From an uncultured Nitrososphaerales archaeon (GTDB lineage Archaea > Thermoproteota > Nitrososphaeria > Nitrososphaerales > Nitrososphaeraceae): 64,000 nt of DNA. Positions within the stretch are counted from its first letter, which is position 1, and every line of letters begins with the position of its first letter. The notes below the pieces were generated by a model, which saw only the letters and a list, made by a program, of their open reading frames with translations, searched no databases and had not been told where the DNA came from. The translations under genes were made by a program, and so were the position numbers. The stretch spans positions 96,001 through 160,000 of the forward strand of contig CAVOHZ010000003.1 of NCBI GenBank assembly GCA_963695855.1, written 5' to 3'. Of this stretch, positions 59,698-64,000 are shown piece after piece.

Positions 59698-60849
59698 TTA
59701 CGCGGCAGTTATATCCAGAACGTCAAATTTTATACAAGTGCATTTATTACCAATATATGATGAAACATTTGGTTCTATCCAATCCTTTCCCTCTATAAAC
59801 TGCTTTATGAACAATCCGCCATCTGACAAAACGGTAACAACAAAATCATATTCATCTAATCTCTTAACAGAGATTTTGTAGATTCTTCTTTGAACTATTT
59901 TTGTTTTGTTTCTATATTTTATTGTAGAATTTTTCAGTTGGATTAGTTTCACTAAATTTAAATTGTTTATAGGAGACAGTGTTTTCACATAGGCTTTTGT
60001 TTTTGATTTATAATTTATGGTGTATTTTTTTATTGATTCTTTTTTTTCTTTTATCTGAAATATTATTCCATCTTCTTGGAAAATAATATTCTTTTTTATT
60101 TTCCTTTTTTTTGGGTTAATGATTTGGGCTATAAAAAATCTTCCCTTCCCTAAAACCATACTATTTTGATCTTCGCCTCCCATCCATGTAAAATTTACAT
60201 TATCACAAGAGGTAAAATCCATCAAATGACGTTTTATGATCACTTCAATTGATTTTTTTTGACTATTGTTTTCTATCAGGTTACATATCGTACATCCTCT
60301 TCCTTCACAATTATCACATTTCATTTTCCTTTGATGCATAAGTTTTTTCTTTGTATATCTACAGATCAAGTAGTACGGACGGGTTTGAAAGTCAACAGAA
60401 AATTCAAGATCATGAGATATTGAAAGATTTATCACCATATCAGGAGATTGTATTTTTAGAGGCTTTTTTAAAACTTTTTCAAAATTATTTCTCACTGCAT
60501 GATTAAAAGCTGATTTGATACTCTCTTCTCCACGTAGTTGAAAAAGAGACCTGAAATGATCTTCATTATCAAATAAATATGCAGGAAGAGAAGATCCCAA
60601 AGAATAAGAATCAAATTCATATTTATTTTCAATAGATATAAGAAACGTTATTTCCTTTACAATTTCTTCTATGAGATCAAATAATCCCCTACAAATAAAA
60701 CAGTTTGAGCTAGAGTTATCTGTACTTGTTGTTTTATGATCTTTAAGCATCGCGTACTTCCCAAACAATGTTTTTGCTGTATTGTTTCTTTTTAAACAAT
60801 AATCACATAGAATATAAAAATCATTGATAATATTTCCAGATTGTTTCAA
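59698..60849 (-). CDS. pus10: tRNA pseudouridine(54/55) synthase Pus10-like, divergent
   Basis: N-terminal CDYC...CFIC, THUMP-like region, GGED...VLGKGRFF, DGGLFIKQFIEG...PNVS; adjacent to srp54. Confidence 0.8.
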   Translation of the reverse strand: MKQSGNIINDFYILCDYCLKRNNTAKTLFGKYAMLKDHKTTSTDNSSSNCFICRGLFDLIEEIVKEITFLISIENKYEFDSYSLGSSLPAYLFDNEDHFRSLFQLRGEESIKSAFNHAVRNNFEKVLKKPLKIQSPDMVINLSISHDLEFSVDFQTRPYYLICRYTKKKLMHQRKMKCDNCEGRGCTICNLIENNSQKKSIEVIIKRHLMDFTSCDNVNFTWMGGEDQNSMVLGKGRFFIAQIINPKKRKIKKNIIFQEDGIIFQIKEKKESIKKYTINYKSKTKAYVKTLSPINNLNLVKLIQLKNSTIKYRNKTKIVQRRIYKISVKRLDEYDFVVTVLSDGGLFIKQFIEGKDWIEPNVSSYIGNKCTCIKFDVLDITAA

Positions 60850-60887
60850 ATTATTATTGCACTTAACTATTGTTATTATTAGTTACA

Positions 60888-62255
60888 TTAACCAAAACCG
60901 AAACGTCTCAACATTCCATGCATCTGTCTGCCTTTTGCCTGTTTCATCATACTTTTTGAATTATTGTATTGTTTTATCATTTCTTTAACATCATGTTCCA
61001 TTATACCTGATCCTCTTGAAATTCGTTTTCTCCTTGAATCATTGATCACATTTGGATCTTTTTTTTCCTCTTTTGTCATTGATTGTATAACAAATCTCCA
61101 TTTTTCAATCTTTGTTTGTAAAATATCTAGTTGTTCATCTTTTACCATACCAGAAAGTCCTGGAAGATTTTCCATTACATTTCTAAAACCCATTTTACTT
61201 ACATTTTCCATTTGAGAATAGAAATCTTCTATAGTCATTCTACCACCTAATAATCTTTTAGCTTGGTTTGCATCTGCTTCCAATTCAAGGCTTTTTGCCA
61301 TTTCTAACAATGCCTTGATATCTCCCATCCCCAATATGCGACCTACAAATCTAGTTGGAGAAAATAATTCTAAATCATCAATCCTTTCACCAGTCCCGAT
61401 AAACATAATTTTAGCTCCTGTGGCTGCAGAAGCTGCTAAAGCACCCCCACCCTTGGCAGTTCCATCTAGTTTAGTGATCAAAATTCCTCCTACTGGAGCA
61501 GCATCGTGAAATGCTTTTGCCTGATTGTATGCCTGCTGTCCAATAGTACCGTCTATTACTAGGATGACTATATCAGGATTAACAACATTATACATATCAT
61601 TCATTTCCTGTAATAATCCTGACTCTTCTTTGTGTCTTCCCGCTGTATCTACAATAATTACATCATAATCCAGATTATTATAATACTCTAATCCATTTCT
61701 CACTATAGAAACAGGATCCTTATTATCTTCTTCTCCATAAACTTCCACTTTAATTTTAATGCTATTCATCTTTAATTGTGTAAGAGCGCCAGGTCTCCAT
61801 GTATCTGCACCAATAATAGCGGTTTTATATCCATGCCTGGTTAACCATCTCGCAAGTTTAACAGTACATGTAGTTTTTCCGCTTCCCTGGATACCAAGCA
61901 TCAAAATGATATTCTTCTTCCCAGGTTTAAAATTTAGAGACTCTTTTTCTTCCGAATAAGATTTCTCTATATTAGTTATGCTTGTTCCGCTATATCCAAG
62001 TAAAGAAGCAATTTCATTATAAAGTATTGTAATAATATGATCTTTTCTTGATAATCCTTTTGGAGGCTGTTCATTCAAGGCACGATCTTTTAAATTCTTT
62101 GTAATAGAAAGCACCAATTTAACATTAATATCAGATTGCAATAATGATCTTTGGATATCCTTACAGAGAGAATCAATCAATTCTTCATTTATATCCGATG
62201 CTCCTACTATTTTTTTGAGAGCGCTTCTTAATCCTATCCGTAGATTATCAAACAT
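60888..62255 (-). CDS. srp54: Signal recognition particle protein Srp54
   Basis: [26 protein letters not shown], Met-rich M domain. Confidence 0.97.
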   Translation of the reverse strand: MFDNLRIGLRSALKKIVGASDINEELIDSLCKDIQRSLLQSDINVKLVLSITKNLKDRALNEQPPKGLSRKDHIITILYNEIASLLGYSGTSITNIEKSYSEEKESLNFKPGKKNIILMLGIQGSGKTTCTVKLARWLTRHGYKTAIIGADTWRPGALTQLKMNSIKIKVEVYGEEDNKDPVSIVRNGLEYYNNLDYDVIIVDTAGRHKEESGLLQEMNDMYNVVNPDIVILVIDGTIGQQAYNQAKAFHDAAPVGGILITKLDGTAKGGGALAASAATGAKIMFIGTGERIDDLELFSPTRFVGRILGMGDIKALLEMAKSLELEADANQAKRLLGGRMTIEDFYSQMENVSKMGFRNVMENLPGLSGMVKDEQLDILQTKIEKWRFVIQSMTKEEKKDPNVINDSRRKRISRGSGIMEHDVKEMIKQYNNSKSMMKQAKGRQMHGMLRRFGFG

Positions 62256-62256
62256 T

Positions 62257-62943
62257 TTACTTATCCATTAATACAATATCCGTTATTTCTAATATACCTC
62301 TTTGTCCATCCCATTTAGTCTTTGAATTAAGTATTTGTAATCTCTTTTCATAGATTGGACAGTCAATTACAAGTGTTTCTGCTTCTCCTCCTTCAAATGT
62401 CACATTAAACCCATATTTCTCGCTTAGCAAAAATAATTTTTCAAGTTTATCTTGATCTATAATTGTGCCTAACCAAGTCTCGTCCAGTCCCATCGCAGAA
62501 ACGCCAACTATGAGTATGGAGAATTTATGAATGAGTAGTTGCTTCATATATGAAAATTGGTCAGCTTCCCATAGTGGAGAATAAAGTATCAAATCATTAT
62601 CTTTACAAATATTATTAAAAATATTTTTTTGAAAATTTGAGAACAATCCTCCATTGACTAATCCTTCGATGTTGAATTCTTCCTTGGCAATTTTTACCAA
62701 ATGATCTAGAGATTTTATTTCATTATCTAAATTGTTAATTGGAATGTTACATTCAATAATTGGTATATTCATAGCTTGAGATTGCAATTTAGGAACCTCT
62801 ATATTTGGGAAGTGAAATAGAAGACTTTCTTCATTAGATGGATATAATGTAATCAAACATTCTATTGAAAATCCTCTTTTCTTAGCAAGATAGATAGCAT
62901 ATGTACTATCCTTACCCCCGGAGAAAAGACTCGCTAGTTTCAT
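62257..62943 (-). CDS. dph6: Diphthine--ammonia ligase
   Basis: SGGKDS PP-loop, PLW, EGGEAETLVIDCP. Confidence 0.9.
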   Translation of the reverse strand: MKLASLFSGGKDSTYAIYLAKKRGFSIECLITLYPSNEESLLFHFPNIEVPKLQSQAMNIPIIECNIPINNLDNEIKSLDHLVKIAKEEFNIEGLVNGGLFSNFQKNIFNNICKDNDLILYSPLWEADQFSYMKQLLIHKFSILIVGVSAMGLDETWLGTIIDQDKLEKLFLLSEKYGFNVTFEGGEAETLVIDCPIYEKRLQILNSKTKWDGQRGILEITDIVLMDK

Positions 62944-63013
62944 TATTTATATCAATTAAATGAATAATATATATAAAAATAAAAAATGGTTAATCAGATG
63001 ATACTTTTGATTA

Positions 63014-63319
63014 TTACATAGTGGAGATTGAATTATGCTGCTGAATGGTTGCGTAATTTGACTGCTCCGAGATCTCTGGGAACAATCCTGCTAATTTATC
63101 ATGTTTGTCTAGAAAATCTACTCCCATAGACGTCGTTTTGTATAAGCCAGTAACTTTGGAATATTCCATTAATCCTTGTTCAACTGCTAAACGCAAATAT
63201 CTAGTTATTTGAGAATGAGATACAGACGCCTTATTCATTATAGTTGTTTGATATTCCCATTTATTGGCAGCACAACGAATTATAGATGCAATTATTCCTA
63301 TATCAGTTCTATTTTTCAA
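63014..63319 (-). CDS. Archaeal winged-helix transcriptional regulator
   Basis: R..IIASII...TTIMNKASVSH...YL...GLM...YKTT..G..FL pattern. Confidence 0.8.
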   Translation of the reverse strand: MKNRTDIGIIASIIRCAANKWEYQTTIMNKASVSHSQITRYLRLAVEQGLMEYSKVTGLYKTTSMGVDFLDKHDKLAGLFPEISEQSNYATIQQHNSISTM

Positions 63320-63629
63320 AGATTCTTACCTCTTTCATCATTCTATGAATGCTGGATGATAGAATTCATTTTAAATAATAAAAAAACCTTTGACAATTAT
63401 TAACGACAAAGTTGTTTGTTAAATTAAAACTGATATAAAGAAATATTAAAAATTAATTAGAACACCTCAGCAACTCATAATCTTCGTCACATACAAATTA
63501 CAATGTGTATCGGACGGCTCTTCCTATACTTCATCGGCATTAAATATGTTTATTACCTTTAATTTAAATTGATCATTATTCAAGACCGCTGTTTTGGACA
63601 ACTAGTTTAAATTATAATTTTTTTATTCC

Positions 63630-63830
63630 AATCCGATGTGTAGTAATCTGGCGTTATAGGTTTAAATCATTTATACAACGATGTTTTCAATATTCTCCCG
63701 TTTGTCATGTTCTCTAACCTTATAGCAGTAACATATTCTCCAAACATTCTCTTTATGCAGGATTAAACAATTTGTACAATACCTCTTTACGATAGCTAAC
63801 GCTATCATTTAATTTGCCAAGATCAGTATT
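63630..63830 (-). pseudogene. Degenerate C-terminal fragment of an IS5-family (DDE) transposase
   Basis: Broken frames read ...NDSVSYRK / IVQIV*SCIKRMFGEYVTAIRLENM...ILKTSLYK*F, matching the recalled R-W-x-V-E-x-x-F-S-x-x-K-R-x-F-G pattern with stops and a frameshift. Confidence 0.6.
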
Positions 63831-64000
63831 CCATTCCATTACTCCAACATTTCCTTTATATATGCTCGTCTATTTCCCTGTAAAGTTCTTTCCTTTATTC
63901 CATATCACATTGCTCTAAATGATAAAAATTGTTGAAAATTGCTATTATTATCACACGAACAGTCCATACTGGCAGTATCTAGTTCTCAATCTGTTTTATT

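Noticed and set aside
661-63403. Numerous 60-200 aa ORFs antisense to or nested in recognised genes (for example 775..1107, 5932..6339, 17288..17824, 20761..21351)
   Set aside because: Shadow ORFs of well-supported genes, with no independent motifs

Overview
AT-rich core chromosomal segment of an ammonia-oxidising archaeon (Nitrososphaeraceae, Ca. Nitrosocosmicus-like, inferred from gene content and protein sequences). It contains: (i) the complex I operon nuoA-B-C-D-H-I-J-K-M-L without nuoEFG (nuoL runs off the left edge); (ii) tRNA-Leu(GAG) and the conserved archaeal superoperon rpoN-eno-rps2-MEMO1-mvk-ipk-fni-GGPP synthase-gltX; (iii) a ferredoxin-NADP reductase, a probable GDGT ring synthase (Grs-like radical SAM) and tRNA-Ala(GGC); (iv) priSL, nfo, glyS, mtnA/mtnP/apt, purP, wecB/wecC-like genes, galT, uppS, gap, trpGD, rps24e/rps27ae, pus10, srp54 and dph6; (v) a decayed IS5-type transposase fragment at the right end. 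Most notable: a stand-alone 'half-DOHH' HEAT protein with two His-Glu motifs; a perfect 15 x 18-bp in-frame repeat in rps2; four single-base frameshifts (nuoB, grs-like, THUMP protein, a hidden Zn-ribbon protein) all at or beside GATC/AGCT; a SufT-PqqD fusion; and a 42-aa Cys/His microprotein missing from the ORF track. No CRISPR array, provirus or defence island was seen. All functional calls come from motif recognition; no database search was run.
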